Source of the DNA: Octopus vulgaris
Lineage: Eukaryota
Direction of reading: 5' to 3'
Assembly (NCBI GenBank): GCA_951406725.2
Contig: OX597822.1
Span: 77,748,001-77,812,000 of the forward strand
DNA length: 64,000 bases
The notes below the pieces were generated by a model. It saw only the letters and a program-made list of their open reading frames with translations. It searched no databases and was not told where the DNA came from. Positions 13,326 through 26,052 of the stretch are shown piece after piece (positions within the stretch are counted from its first letter, which is position 1; each line of letters starts with the position of its first letter). A program made the position numbers and the translations under genes.

Positions 13326-14044
13326 TAGAAAGGATTACTAATATCATTATTTTCATTGTCATTCCTTAGCTGTTATGAGCTGTCCAAAATCATATCCTGA
13401 AAGCTCAAGAAACAGCATGTAGGACATTTTACTGTGTTATTTATGAGAGACAGTAATATATGATAATATATGCTCTTTACCCTCTTTTACTTGTTTCGGT
13501 AATTTTACTGCGGCCATGCTGGAGCACCGCCTTTAGTCAAGCAAATCAACCCCAAGACCTATTCTTTGTAAGCCTAGTACTTATTCTATCAATCTCTCTT
13601 GCCGGACCGCTAAGTTATGGGGACGTAAACACACCAGCATCTGTTGTCAAGCAATGTTGGGGGGGGGGGGGGCAAACACAGACACACAAACATACACACA
13701 AATACATATATATATACATATATACGATGGGCTTCTTTCAGTTTCTGTGTACCAAATCCACTCACAAGGCTTTGGTTGGCCCAAGGCTATAGTAGAAGAC
13801 ACTTGCTCAAGGTGCCATGCAGTAGGACTGAACCTGGAACCATGTGGTTGGTAAGCAAGCTACTTATCACACAGCCACTCCTACACCTATGATAAAAATT
13901 GCTGCCCATGTGCCAAAATTTGAAAGCAATAATATATTGAAGGAAAGGGAGACCAAATATTGAGAATTAAGATTCTATCAGAAGTTTATTGTAATATTTG
14001 TGATTTAAAAAAATTTTTCAAGATTCAGATATTCTCAAATTGAG

Positions 14045-14445
14045 CGTTTTTCTTTGAATGCAGGCTGTACCCACAAGAAGAATTTTTTGTTGTTCTTATA
14101 CTTTTAGGTTCCCTGATATTTGACCATTGTGTTTAAGAGTGGCATTTTGGTATCATGTGCAAAATTCTGATTATCACAAGAACAGTTGTCATTCTTAGAT
14201 GCCACATTTTTGTGGATTCTATTTCAAGGTTCTTGAAACTATTCAAATATTCTTCACAAAGCTATTGTAGTCTGCTGGGATTGATATATCTATGAGCAAA
14301 CATGTTTTTTTCAATGTGGTTTTTCACCACAATATCTGGTCTGTTAGCCTGTATAGCACGATAGGCTAGAATACTAAAGTTCCAAAGAATGGTGATTCCT
14401 TTATTTTCTACTACTTTGTTGACAAGCTTATATTATTGTGGACAC
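14045..14445 (-). mobile_element. R4/Dong-type non-LTR retrotransposon, restriction-like endonuclease fragment
   Basis: Reverse strand reads ENKGITILWNFSILAYRAIQANRPDIVVKNH..TCLLIDISIPAD...FKNLEIESTKMWHLRMTTV, the PD-(D/E)xK REL motif (NRPDIV...IDxxxP...LxxEIxxMW). Confidence 0.75.
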
Positions 14446-15559
14446 TTTCTCCATTAGATTATCTGCTGCTGCTGTTGATACGGCCATCACCATCGCCTTC
14501 ATTTCTATCAACAACAACAGCCCTTCTCTTCTTTCACTTCCAGTTGGCAACATTTCATTGGTTTGAAAGATTTAAATAATAATGACAATGATGATGATGA
14601 CAGCAATAATAATAATAATAATGATAATAATAATAATAATAGAAACAAATAAATCTGTAGACTCCTTTGTTTAAAGTTTGATGAAATCCATTGATAATTT
14701 TATATAGCTACAATTTTGCAACAAATCAATACCCTAATCTAACAAAAAAATCAATATCTTAATCTGGAAATCAATTTTTTTATAGCACAATTTATCACTG
14801 TTATAAAACAGCAAGTTGAGCCAGTGAGAGAGCTGAAATAATCAGGGAACCTCTAGGTGGTCAGTCAACCTGCTAGAAATATCAGTCAAATTACCATGCT
14901 GTACTAAAGGTGCAGGCATGGCTGTGCAGTTAAGAAACTTGCTTTGCAGCCACTGTGCAGTACCTTGGGTAAGTTTTCTTTTGCTATAGCTCCAGGTTGA
15001 CAAATGCTTTGTGAGTTGATTTGGTAGGAGGAAACTGAAAGATGCCCATCATTATCATCATTTGACATCCATTTTCCATGCTGGTGTGGGTTGGATGGTT
15101 TGACTAAAAACTGTTAAGCTGGGGAGCTGCACCAGGTTTCAGTCTGATTTGGCATAGTTTCTACAGCTGGATCCCCTCCCTAACGCCAGCTACTCCAAGA
15201 GTGTAGTGGGTGCTTTTTATGTGCCACCAGCATGGGAGCCAGATATGAAACACCGGCATCAGCCATGACTATGATCTCACTTGGCTTCACAGATCTTCTC
15301 AAGCACAGTGTATTGTCAATGGTTTCAGTCACTTATCACTACCTTTGTGAGGCCCAAAGTTTGAAGGGTACTTTTTATGTGCCACCAGTATGGGTACCAG
15401 ATATCCAACACTAGCAACAGCCGTAACCACGATTTCACTTGGCTTGACAGGTTTTCTCAAGCGCAGCATATCACTCAACATTCAAAGGGAGCTTTTTACA
15501 TGCCACATGCATGACTGGCTTGATGGGTCTTCTCAAGTGTGGTGTATTACCAAAGGTCT

Positions 15560-16290
15560 CGGTCATTTGTCATTACCTCCATGAGACCCAATGTTTTAAG
15601 ATCATGCTTCAACACCTCACCCCATGTATTCCTGGGTCTACCTCTTCCACAGGCTCCCTCCACTATTAGAGATCAGCAATTCTTCACATAGCTGTTCTCA
15701 TCCATATGCATCACATGACCATAGTCATCTCTTTTGCACACCACATCTCACATATCGTATGCACAACTTTTTTCTCAAGATGCTTACATTCAGTTGTGTA
15801 TGCACACTGACACTACACATCCAGTGAAACATACTAACTTCATTTATTTCAAGTGTTCATATGTCCTCTTCAGCCACAGTATACATTTCACTGCCATGTA
15901 GCAAGGCTGTCCACACACAGGCATCATACAGCCTGCCTTTCATTCTGAGGGAGAGGCCCCTTGTTACCAACAATAGTAGGAGCTCTCTGAACTTTGCCCA
16001 GCCTATTCTTACTCTAGCAGCTATGTTCTTGGATCATCCATCTTCACTACTGTCTTGGTGACCTAGATAATGGAAGCTATCAACTACTTCTAGTTTTCCG
16101 CCATGGCATTTAATGGAGTCTCTTTTCTGTACATTTTTATTGTTAATTGTATTTGTGCACCTTTCACACTCAAAAGCTATTTTCTCTGTTAACCTTCCTC
16201 TGATATTGTTTCACGTGTCTATAGCTTAGATCAGGTACATCTTATAGAGTTTCTACCTACACCTTTTCTACAGATTGAACAGGGCCGTGT
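15560..16290 (-). mobile_element. RTE-clade LINE 3' fragment (decayed)
   Basis: Reverse strand reads VDSFHYLG...RVRIGWAKFRELL...GLSLRMKGRLYDACVWTALLHGSE, then a GR-P-x-TW-type C-terminal stretch. Confidence 0.75.
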
Positions 16291-16409
16291 GTGTGTTTCT
16301 GTTTCCTTGTCTTGGCTTCATATGTGATAGTTGTCTGGCCATGGGAAATATTACTTTGCTTGGAAAGAAGTGAAGGTTGGAGACAGGAAGGGCATCCAGC
16401 TATAGAAAA

Positions 16410-16619
16410 TCTGCTTTGTTTCCGGACAAACTGCAACCACATCACCATGGTCAAAAATGCCAAGTTGATGTGGCCAATCGGCCATTGGCTCAGTGACTGC
16501 ATTGAAGAACACAAAATTGCACCCTGAGAATGAGGTAGTTGATAAGATGTAGCTTTGCACATCTCAGGTAGCCTTCCACCTGATGAATTAATGTCTCACT
16601 CACTGAACTGACCACAACC
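16410..16619 (-). pseudogene. Inverted degenerate partial duplicate of the C7orf25 exon 5' end (19232-19439)
   Basis: Manual alignment of the reverse complement gives 28 mismatches and 2 single-base gaps over 210 columns (~86%). ORF track shows YLRCAKLHLINYLI and FVFFNAVTEPMADWPHQLGI. Frameshifted. Confidence 0.93.
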
Positions 16620-16845
16620 ATACATATACATATATATATATATATATATACAGAGCAGAAGGTGACATATGGGATGGAAGAGTTGGTGAAGAGGTCACAG
16701 GTGTGTGATGGAAAACAATGGACATAAGATAAAATAAGAACAATAATAAACAAGGGAAGAACAAACATATAGTGTGTGTGTTTATATTTGGCAAGAAAGA
16801 AAAAAAAGACCATCCCGAAATATTACAATATCTCTCTCTCTCTCA

Positions 16846-16890
<45 letters not shown>

Positions 16891-18247
16891 GCTTGAGGAG
16901 ACCTATTGAGTTAAATCAAAATCACAGTCAGAATCAAATCAAAATCAAAATGGAAATTGTAGTTGTGGCTGCTGCCAGTACCACTTGACTGGCTCCCATG
17001 CTGGTAGAATGTAATAAGCACCGTTCATGCATGAGTCAATGCCATTGCTGCCTGACTGGCTTGCCGTGCTGGTGGCACATAAAAAGTACCAACCGAACGT
17101 GGTTGATGCTGGATCCCCCGCCCCGACTGGCTCCTGTGATGGTGGCACATAAAAAGCATCGTCTAAATGTGGCTGATGCCAGTGCTATCCGACTGGCTCT
17201 CGTGCTAGTGGCATGAAAAAAGTACCATATGATCGTCTAAGTGTGGCTGATGCCAGTGCTATCTGACTGGCTCTCGTGTTGGGCACGTAAAAAGCACCCA
17301 CTACACTCTTGGAGTGGTTGGCATTAGGAAGGGCATCCAGCTGTAGAAACCTTGCCAGATCAGATTGGAGCATGGTGCAGCCTCCCGGTTTGCCAGTCCT
17401 CTGTCAAACCGTCCAACCCATGCCAGCATGGAAAACGGACATTAAAGGATTATGATGATGATAGCATAAGCCATAGATACATGCTCAGAGTAAGCAGTAA
17501 ACATTGGTAAAGAAAATTATTGACAAAATGCCTTATTACTAAGAAACTACAAGGAAAAATATTTTAATGGCAAAAAACAAGTATGCCCCAAAACTCATCT
17601 GCCACCCAACATACGCACATGCTCGTTAAGTTCATGAGCAGGCAGTTCCATTGATTGGATCTACTTGGACACTCGTCGTTCTTTACTACTCTAGGCACAA
17701 GGCCCGAAATTTTTGGGAAGGGAGCCAGTTGATTAGATCGACTCCAGTACACAACTGGTACTTAATTTATCAGATCCAAAAGGACGAAAGGCAAAGTCCT
17801 CCTCAGTGGAATTTGAACTCAGAATTTAAAGACAGGTGAAATACTCCTAAGCATTTCACTTGGCATGCTAACGTTCCTGCCAGCTTGCTGCCTTAACGTC
17901 CATGAAATATTCTTTTCCACTCTAGGCACAAGGCCCAAAATTTTTGGGAAAGGGGCCAGTTTATTAGATCGACCCAGAATGCAACTGGTATCTAATTTAT
18001 CGACCTCGAACGGATGAAAGGCAGAGTTAACCTTTGTGATATTTGAACTCAGAACATAAAGACTGATGAAATATTGCTAAGCATTTTGCCCAGTGTGCTA
18101 ACGTTTCTGCCAGCTCACCTCCTTTGGAACATTCATCATTGTAACCAGTGTAATAATACCAGTTATTGTCATCACTGCTATTTCCATCATTATCATCAAC
18201 ACTATCATCATCATCAACATCACGTCATCATTGTTGTTCTCATTGAT

Positions 18248-18299
<52 letters not shown>

Positions 18300-18649
18300 C
18301 CCAGGCCTATTCCCCATTTTTTTTAGGAGTGGGTAGCCACAAGACACAGCAGGTATTCCATTCATTTTCCAGCTCAAATGTATGACTATTAACTGCATCC
18401 GTTAGTGGGACCCTGTGGCCCTTGTTTCAGGGTTTGAGGAGTGTGGAACCACCTCTTAACCACTATTGTCCCCAGGTCTACTCTGGCCCGGAGTGGTAAC
18501 CCAGCTATGGGTTAACTAGCAAAACCCCTGCGACTGAGGGTAGGATAGATCAGTAGAATGCAGTCACCGTATTCCCTGCATGGCATTAAAGGCAACTAAA
18601 AGGGGCAGGAGTGAGGGAACTGGGAATCCTCTCCTCCTCCTAGTAAATC

Positions 18650-19160
18650 TATATTCCTAAAAAGAGAAACATCCTCATTGATACATTATTTACATTTGAC
18701 GGATAATTGTCCTCATCTTGTTTGTTAACGCAACATTTTGGCTGATATACCCTCCAGCCTTCATCAGGTGTCTTGGGGAAATCTCGAACCTGGGTTTTAT
18801 CATTCCTAAAGTATTTTTTTATATTATTATTATTATTCAGGTTACTGCCTGGAATCGAACTCAAAATCTTGGGGTTAGTCGCCCGCGCTCTTAACCACAA
18901 TGTTATTATTATTATTTACAAGAGTGGTTAAGAGTGTGGGCTGCTAACCCCAAGATTTCGAGTTCAATTCCAAGCAGTGACCTAACAACATCTAAAAATA
19001 CCTTTGGAATGAGAACCCAGGTTCAAAATTTCCCCAAGACACCTGATGAAGGCTGGAGGGTATATCAGCTGAAATGTTGTGTTAACAACAAGATGAGGAC
19101 AAATATCCATCAAATGCAAATAATGTAAATAATTCCTCGTCTCTTAAATATAGAACTGTA
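18650..19160. mobile_element. Palindromic element: two divergent copies of [tRNA-like head + AAT tract + Penelope-type hammerhead motif]
   Basis: 18650-18898 is the reverse complement of ~18923-19160 (ORF track FPKTPDEGWRVYQ on both strands). Head agtggttaagag..ggct.ctaaccccaagatt.cgagttc.attcca. Second instance at 30572-31071. Confidence 0.75.
19038..19083 (+). ncRNA. Degenerate minimal type I hammerhead ribozyme motif
   Basis: GACAC-CTGATGA-A-GGCTG(gagggtatat)CAGCT-GAAATGTT-GTGTT. The consensus of four copies restores CAGCC-GAAACGTT: stem I GACAC/GTGTT, stem II GGCTG/CAGCC, palindromic stem III AACGTT. Confidence 0.55.
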
Positions 19161-19232
19161 TTCTCATTAATATTTATTTACATTGTTGTTTACCCTTCTT
19201 TTTGCTTCTTGTTTGTTTTTCCTTTCTTCCAG

Positions 19233-20420
19233 GTCGGGGTCAGTTCAGTGAGCGTGGCATCACTCGTCAGGTGAAAGACTACCTGAGATGTGCAAAGCAA
19301 CATCCTATCAACTACCTCATCCCCAGGGTACATTTTGTGTTCTTCAACGCAGTCACTCAGCCAATGGCTGATTGGCTTCAACAACTTGGCATCCGTGTCC
19401 ATGGCGATGTGGTTCCAGTTTGTTCGGAAACAAAGCAGAAGCTGATGTCTGTACCAGAGTACTTTGATGATGACGATGAAGATGATGATGATGATTATGA
19501 TAGTGATTCTCTCGGTGATGGTGAAGATGGTGTTGCTTGTGACTCTAGTGAATATAATATCAATGCTACTGTTCTCAGTGATGATGATGATGATGATGAC
19601 GATGATGATCATCATGATGATGAGGATCATGATCATGATGATGTGCACAACAGCAGTTCCAACATTCTGCTTGGTGCTAGCATGTCATCAAGTTCAAATC
19701 CCAACCAGAATATTCAGCAGCTAGAAATGTCTAGTTGTGCATCCGTCTGCAATGAAATTAGTGCAGACTGCAAGCACTTGCTGCACATTGAGAAAACAGT
19801 GCAAACCACCATCGACGAGTCCATGTTGCATTTACGGCAGCTTATCGAGGAAGTGGAAGAGGAAGAGGAAGGTGAGGATGAAGAGGCGGGGGCGGGGCTT
19901 CCTAACAACGGAGATTCTCGGCAGAATCTCAGTTTGTTGTTGTTGATTCAGAAGTGCATCATGACGCAGGCACAGTCAATGCATTCCCAGCAAAGCCCAG
20001 CCAATTCTGCAATCTGTGTTGATGCCGACAACAATGGTGGCAAGAACATTGACATGAGCTCCATCATGTTTACTACTGATGCTTCTCATCCTGGAAACCT
20101 ACAGTCAGGCATCAACAAGAAACCACCACCACAACAACAACTGACATTTGCATCATCATCATATCCCTCTTCATATGCTTCTTCATCATCATCATGTACA
20201 TCATCATCCTTATCAATGGCAACTATCGAAAGAGGAATCAATTTTATCGGATCCGACCACATCCGAATCGTCAATTTGGACATCACCACTCTGATCACTC
20301 TGGTCTCTGCTGTCACACATGGACACTGCAATTTCATTTTCCCTGAGAAAATCCTTACCTTACAAGCTAAAGAAGAACGAGAGAAACCAGTCCTACCTCA
20401 AATGTTGGATTTCCTAAAAG
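19233..20420 (+). CDS. C7orf25: C7orf25/UPF0415 (DUF1308) orthologue, large internal exon (1188 bp, phase 1-1)
   Basis: Acceptor cctttcttccAG at 19231-32 and donor GTacc at 20421. Translation GRGQFSERGITRQVKDYL...PRVHFVFFNAVTQPMADWLQQLGIRVHGDVV and [45 protein letters not shown] matches, from recall, human C7orf25 (GRGQYGDKSII...; [29 protein letters not shown]). Confidence 0.92.
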
Positions 20421-20595
20421 GTACCATTTGCTTTTATGTATTTCTGCTTCACATGGTAGTGCATGGACCATTTGTTTTTCTTTCACTTGTTTCGTTCAAC
20501 AGACCTCAACCGTTGTGGGCCACAGTCTTAACCCTTTAAAATTTAGATTATTTTGTCAAATGCAAAGAGTTATTTATTCAATTTGTCTTGAATTA

Positions 20596-21107
20596 CTAGG
20601 CTGGAGAAAAAGTTTGTGCGCCATGTTAAAATAACTTTTTTATGCAAGAATTTATTCAAAAACTACAACAACTATTCTTCAAAATAAAGACCATTATTTT
20701 CCACGACCTTCTGCCAATGATCTGCGTGTTTTCAGATTTGGTCAAAGTACCAATCCTTCGGCTTTGAATCGAAAAATTCTTGACAGGCTTCTTCAATTTC
20801 ATCGAATGACTCAAATTGGTGACCTTTCATAAAGTGATGCATTGATCAGAAGAGACCGTAGTCAGATGGAGCAACGTCTGGACTGTAGGCTGGATGTGGC
20901 AGAACTTCTACACTGTCCAATTCTTCAATCTTGTTGCTGGTCTTTCTGGCAGTATGCAGCTTTGCATTGTCTTGTTGAAACAAAACGCGTTTTTGATGAA
21001 CACAGTGAGTCACCACTGAATATGAGATAAGCTGAATGAACACCACAAAATTATATGAAAAAAACACATTATTTTAACACAGTGCACAAACTTTTTCCTC
21101 AGCCTAG
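20596..21107 (-). mobile_element. Internally deleted mariner (C-terminal transposase part) with TA TSD
   Basis: TA|ctaggctggagaaaaagtttgtgc...gcacaaactttttcctcagcctag|TA. Fragment FQQDNAKLHTARKT...LPHPAYSPDVAPSDYGLF. Confidence 0.9.
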
Positions 21108-22939
21108 TAATTATGTATTATTTCATAACTTTGAAATTTCAGTTATGAGAAATTAGACTGTAGCCATGCTAGGGCACCATCTTGGAGAATTTTTAACTGA
21201 ATATATCAACCCCAGTACTTATTTTTTGAATCTGGTGCTTATTCTATCAGTCTCATTTGCTGAACTGTTAAGTCATGGGAATGTAAACACACCAATATCA
21301 GTTGTCAAGTAGTATTTTAAGCATAAGAGACCCATAGGGTAAGTACCCAGCTTAAGAAAAAAATAAGTCCTGGGGTCGATTCATTTTGTTAAAGCCTTTT
21401 AATGGTGGTGCTCCAACATGGCCACTGTCCAAAGAATGAAACAAGTTAAAGATAAAAGATAAGCCATAATGCCTTGGTATACAAGTTAATTCCTTCCCGG
21501 AGAATGCTCGTAAAGTGAAAACTCTTTTTTACTCTTTTACTTGTTTCAGTCATTTGACTGCGGCCATGCTGTAGCACCACCTTTAGTTGAGCAAATCGAC
21601 TCCAGGACTTATTCTTTGTAAACCTAGTACATATTTTATCGATCTCTTTTGCCGAACCACTAAGTTACGGAGGTGTTAACACACCAGCATCTGTTGTCAA
21701 GCGATGTTGGGGGGGGACAAACACAGACACACAAACATATACACACACACATACACGACAGGCTTCTTTCATTTTCCATCTACCAAATCCACTCACAAGG
21801 CTTTGGTCAGCCCAAGGCTATAGTAGAAGACTCTTGCCCAAGGTTCCATACAGTGGGACTGAACCCGGAACCATGTGGTTGGTAAGCAAGCTACTTACCA
21901 CACAGCCACTCCTGCACCTATAAGCAGAAAATAAAAGTCACCAAAGTTCATAAACCCAGGGTCTTACAAAGCAGATCCTTGTAACGTGAGGAATTACTGT
22001 ATATGTATATATACATGTGTGTGTGTATGTATTTTTATTCTTTTACTTGTTTCAGTCATTTGACTGTGGTCATGCTGGAGCAGCACCTTTAGTTGAACAA
22101 ATCGACCCTAAGACTTATTCTTTGTAAGCCTAGTACTTATTCGATCGGTCTCTTTTGCAGAACCGTTAAATTACAGATGCGTAAACACACCAATTGGTTG
22201 TCAAGCGGTGGGGGGGGGGGGATAAACACACACACGCAAATACATATATGTGTGTGTGTGTGTGCGTGTGTGTGTTTAGATATATATATTTTTCTATTGT
22301 CTTGGCTTAACAGCAAAAAATCCCAAATTTTATTTAATTTGCTTTGCGGGAAGAACGGTTTCAACGAAGTCACATATTGTCCTTGCCTTCAAAACACGAA
22401 CAAGTGAAGAAGGGGAATATTCTTTATGTTGCATGTCTCATTTCTCTGTTTGTTCTTTTTCATTGTTCGAAAAAAAGTTCGTTTTTTTATGTTTTTCATT
22501 AAAAAAAAAAGTTGTTTTTATGTTTTCGTTTTTCATTGTGTTCAATGTTTTTTTGATGTCCTGTACCCATATATGCATATATATATATACAATGAAATAA
22601 ATATATATATGTAGGTATGTACATATATGTATGCATCAGCCTCGCCTGGCCCCCGTGCCGGTGGCACGTAAAAAGCACCATCCGTCCGTGGCCGTTTCCC
22701 AGCTCCGTCTGGCACCTGTGCGGGTGGCACGTAAAAAGCACCCACTACACTCACAGAGTGGTTGGCATTAGGAAGGGCATCCAGCCGTAGAAACACTGCC
22801 AGATCAGACTGGGCCTCATGCAGCCTTCTGGCTTCACAGACCCCAGTTGAACCGTCCAACCCATGCTAGCATGGAAAGCGGACGCTAAATGATGATGATG
22901 AGGATGATGAGATATATATATATATATATATATATACCA

Positions 22940-23230
22940 GCTGGAGTTGGAGGAATCAGTGGAACAGCTGGTAAGGGCGAATGGAGCATGGTGGTATGGG
23001 CATGTTGAGGAGGGATGAGGAGCATGTTCTGAAGAGGGTGCTTGAGTTTGAGGTAAATGGACCACGAAAGCGAGGTAGACGGAGGAGGGGACAGGTGGAG
23101 GAGGTGATTGTGAGGGTTGGCTTGAGAAAGGAAGACACCCAAAACCTGTTGAGATGGTGTGAGGGCAGTTGCTGTGGCATTGAGGTGGATCCGACCACCC
23201 CCGTTCACGAGGACAAAACCCAGATTTAAA
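22940..23230 (+). mobile_element. RTE LINE 3' end fragment
   Basis: WYGH.LRRDEEHVLKRVLEFEVNGPRKRGR motif. Confidence 0.75.
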
Positions 23231-23409
23231 ATGAGGGAAAAATACACACACACACACACACATAGCTGTGAAACTGTGATAGGCTTCTTTCAATTTACAT
23301 CTACCAAATCCGCTCACAAGGCTTTGGTCAGCCCAATGCTAGAGTAGAAGGTACTTGCCCAAGATATCAGGCAATGGGACTTCACCAGAAGTAACAAATT
23401 CCTGGACTC

Positions 23410-24275
23410 AATACAAATGTAAGAGTATTCTGTAATACATTATAACAGAAAGTCTTCAATTTCCAGTACCCAGAGTTGCTCCTTTCCAATCATAGCCGGT
23501 AAATCAAGCCTTGTTTTTTTTTTAATATTCACTATTTATTCATTTCAATTTTTCAGTCATTTGACTGTGGCCATGCTGGAGCACCGCCTTTAGTCGAGAA
23601 AATCGACCCCAGGACTTATTCTATCAGTATCTTTTGCCGAACCGCTAAGTTACGGGGACGTAAACACACTAGCATAGGTTGTCAAGCGATTTTGGAGGAG
23701 GGGGGCAAACACAACACACAAACATACACACATATATATATATATACACACATATATACAACGGGCTTCTTTCAGTTTCCGTCTACAAATCCACTCACAA
23801 GGCTTTGGTCGGCCCGAGGCTATAGCAGAAGACACTTGCCCAAGGTGCCACGCAGTGGGACTGAACCTGGAACCATGTGGTTCGTAAGCAAGCTACTTAC
23901 CACACAGCCACTCTATGCCTATATCAATGTTTTTAGAAATATGAAATGAAAGTTTGAAGGAAGCACTTTTCTTTATGTTCTTTCATTTCAAAACCTTTGT
24001 GAAACAACACATGCGAAAACAGCTACTTCAAGCTCATGCTTTTGATTTCATTTCTGCTTCTTGCGCATGTCATTCACAAAGGCTTTTAAACAAAAGGATG
24101 TCAGGATAAACATTTCCTTCAAACTTTCATTTTGTACTTCAAACACTATTCAGACGGTGGATATTCAAAAATAAACCAGGCTTACTTTACCACTGATGAT
24201 TGAAAATGAACAACACTGAGTACTGGAAATCAGAGCTTTCCAATCATAATGTCTTAAAAAATACTCCACATTTAT
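23410..24275. mobile_element. Old palindromic MITE-like element interrupted by a SINE (~23550-23920)
   Basis: atttccagtacccagagttgctcctttccaatcat (~23460) pairs with atgattgaaaatgaacaacactgagtactggaaat (~24197). aaatgaaagtttgaaggaa (~23945) pairs with ttccttcaaactttcattt (~24114). Confidence 0.6.
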
Positions 24276-25014
24276 ATATATCATCATCATCATCATTTAA
24301 CGTCTGCTTTTCATGCTGGCATGGGTTGGATACTTTGAAATGTAACTGACTAGTAGGGAGCTGTCCAGACGCCAGGTGTCTTTTGTGGCATGGTTTTTAG
24401 CGCTGGATGCCCTTCCTAATGCCAACCACTTAACAGTGTAACCTGGGGGCTTTTTATGTCCCGCCGGCACAGGTGCTTTTATGCAGCACCAGCACAGGTG
24501 CTTTTTAAGTGGAACCAGCACCTGAAAGAACAAAGCTTCCTTATTTAAGATGGTAGGGGTCATTGGTTGCAGCTTCTATCGAATTATATCTTCTGTCTTT
24601 CACTTGTCCCAGTCATTAGATTGCAGCCATGCTGGTGCACAACCCAGATGAACTTTTAGTTGAATGTATCATCCCCACCACCCAGTACTTATTTTTTTAA
24701 AAGCCTGATGCTTATTCTATCAGTCTGTTTTGCCAAATTGCTAAGTTACAGGGTCATAAACACACCAACACCGGTTGTCAAACTGTGGTGGTGGGGGACA
24801 AACACAGACACAAAGACACACACAGAGATATCTATACACATATATGTGATGGGCTTCTTTCAGTTTCCAAAATCCTCTCACAAAGCTTTGGTCAGCCCGA
24901 GGCTATAGAAGAAGGCATTTGCCCAAGGTGCTACACAGTGAGACTGAACCCAGAACCATGTGGTTGGTAAGCAAGCTACTTACCACACAGCCATTCCTGC
25001 GCCTAAATATATAT

Positions 25015-25094
<80 letters not shown>

Positions 25095-25871
25095 GAAATA
25101 AGGTACTCAGAAATCTGGATGGTTTTATATTTACAGATTTTTATTAATATGTCAACATGTTTTTATAAATCATATATATTAGCACTTGCATCCACTCTAG
25201 TGTATGTGTGTGTATATATATATACATACATATATATGCACATACATATATATATATGCACATGTAAATGTATATACATACATATATATATACACATACA
25301 TATATATATATATATATATATGCACATGTATATATATACACGCACACATATATATATATTCACATACCTATTTACATATATATCTCTTGCATTGTTTACT
25401 TGTTTCAGTCATTGGACAGCAGCCATGCCAGGGCACGACCTTTAAGTGTTTCTAATCAAATGAATCAACACCTGGGCTTATTTTTTTCTTAAGCCTGGCA
25501 CTTGTTCTATCGGTTTCTTTTTTGCTAAACTGCTAAGTTATAGGGGACATAAACAAACCAATGCAATCGCACACACACACATATATACACACAATGGATT
25601 TCATCCAGTTTCTGTCTACCAAAACTACTCACAGGACTTTGGTCATCCTGGGGCTATAGTAGAAGATACTGGCCCAAGGTGCCACACACTGGAACTTAAT
25701 CCAGAACCATATGGTTAGGAAGCAGGCTTCTTACCACACACTGCACTTATGTGTACATATATACATACATTCATATATACACATATTCATGTATATATAT
25801 GCATATATATATATATTGATACTTACAAGTATGTGTATGTATGTTATACCAACATATACCTGTATATAGAC

Positions 25872-25918
<47 letters not shown>

Positions 25919-26052
25919 TCATACATGTCTATACACACAAATATACATACTTGCATAAAAATATATGTGTGTGTGTGTGTATATATATATGCATATACAT
26001 AGATATATCCATATAATTATATGAATATATATATATATGCATATATATATAT

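Noticed and set aside
19202-20539. 445-aa ORF as a complete single-exon gene
   Set aside because: It starts at TTG in a polypyrimidine tract and runs past a donor into intron. Homology covers only 19233-20420 and continues in downstream exons.
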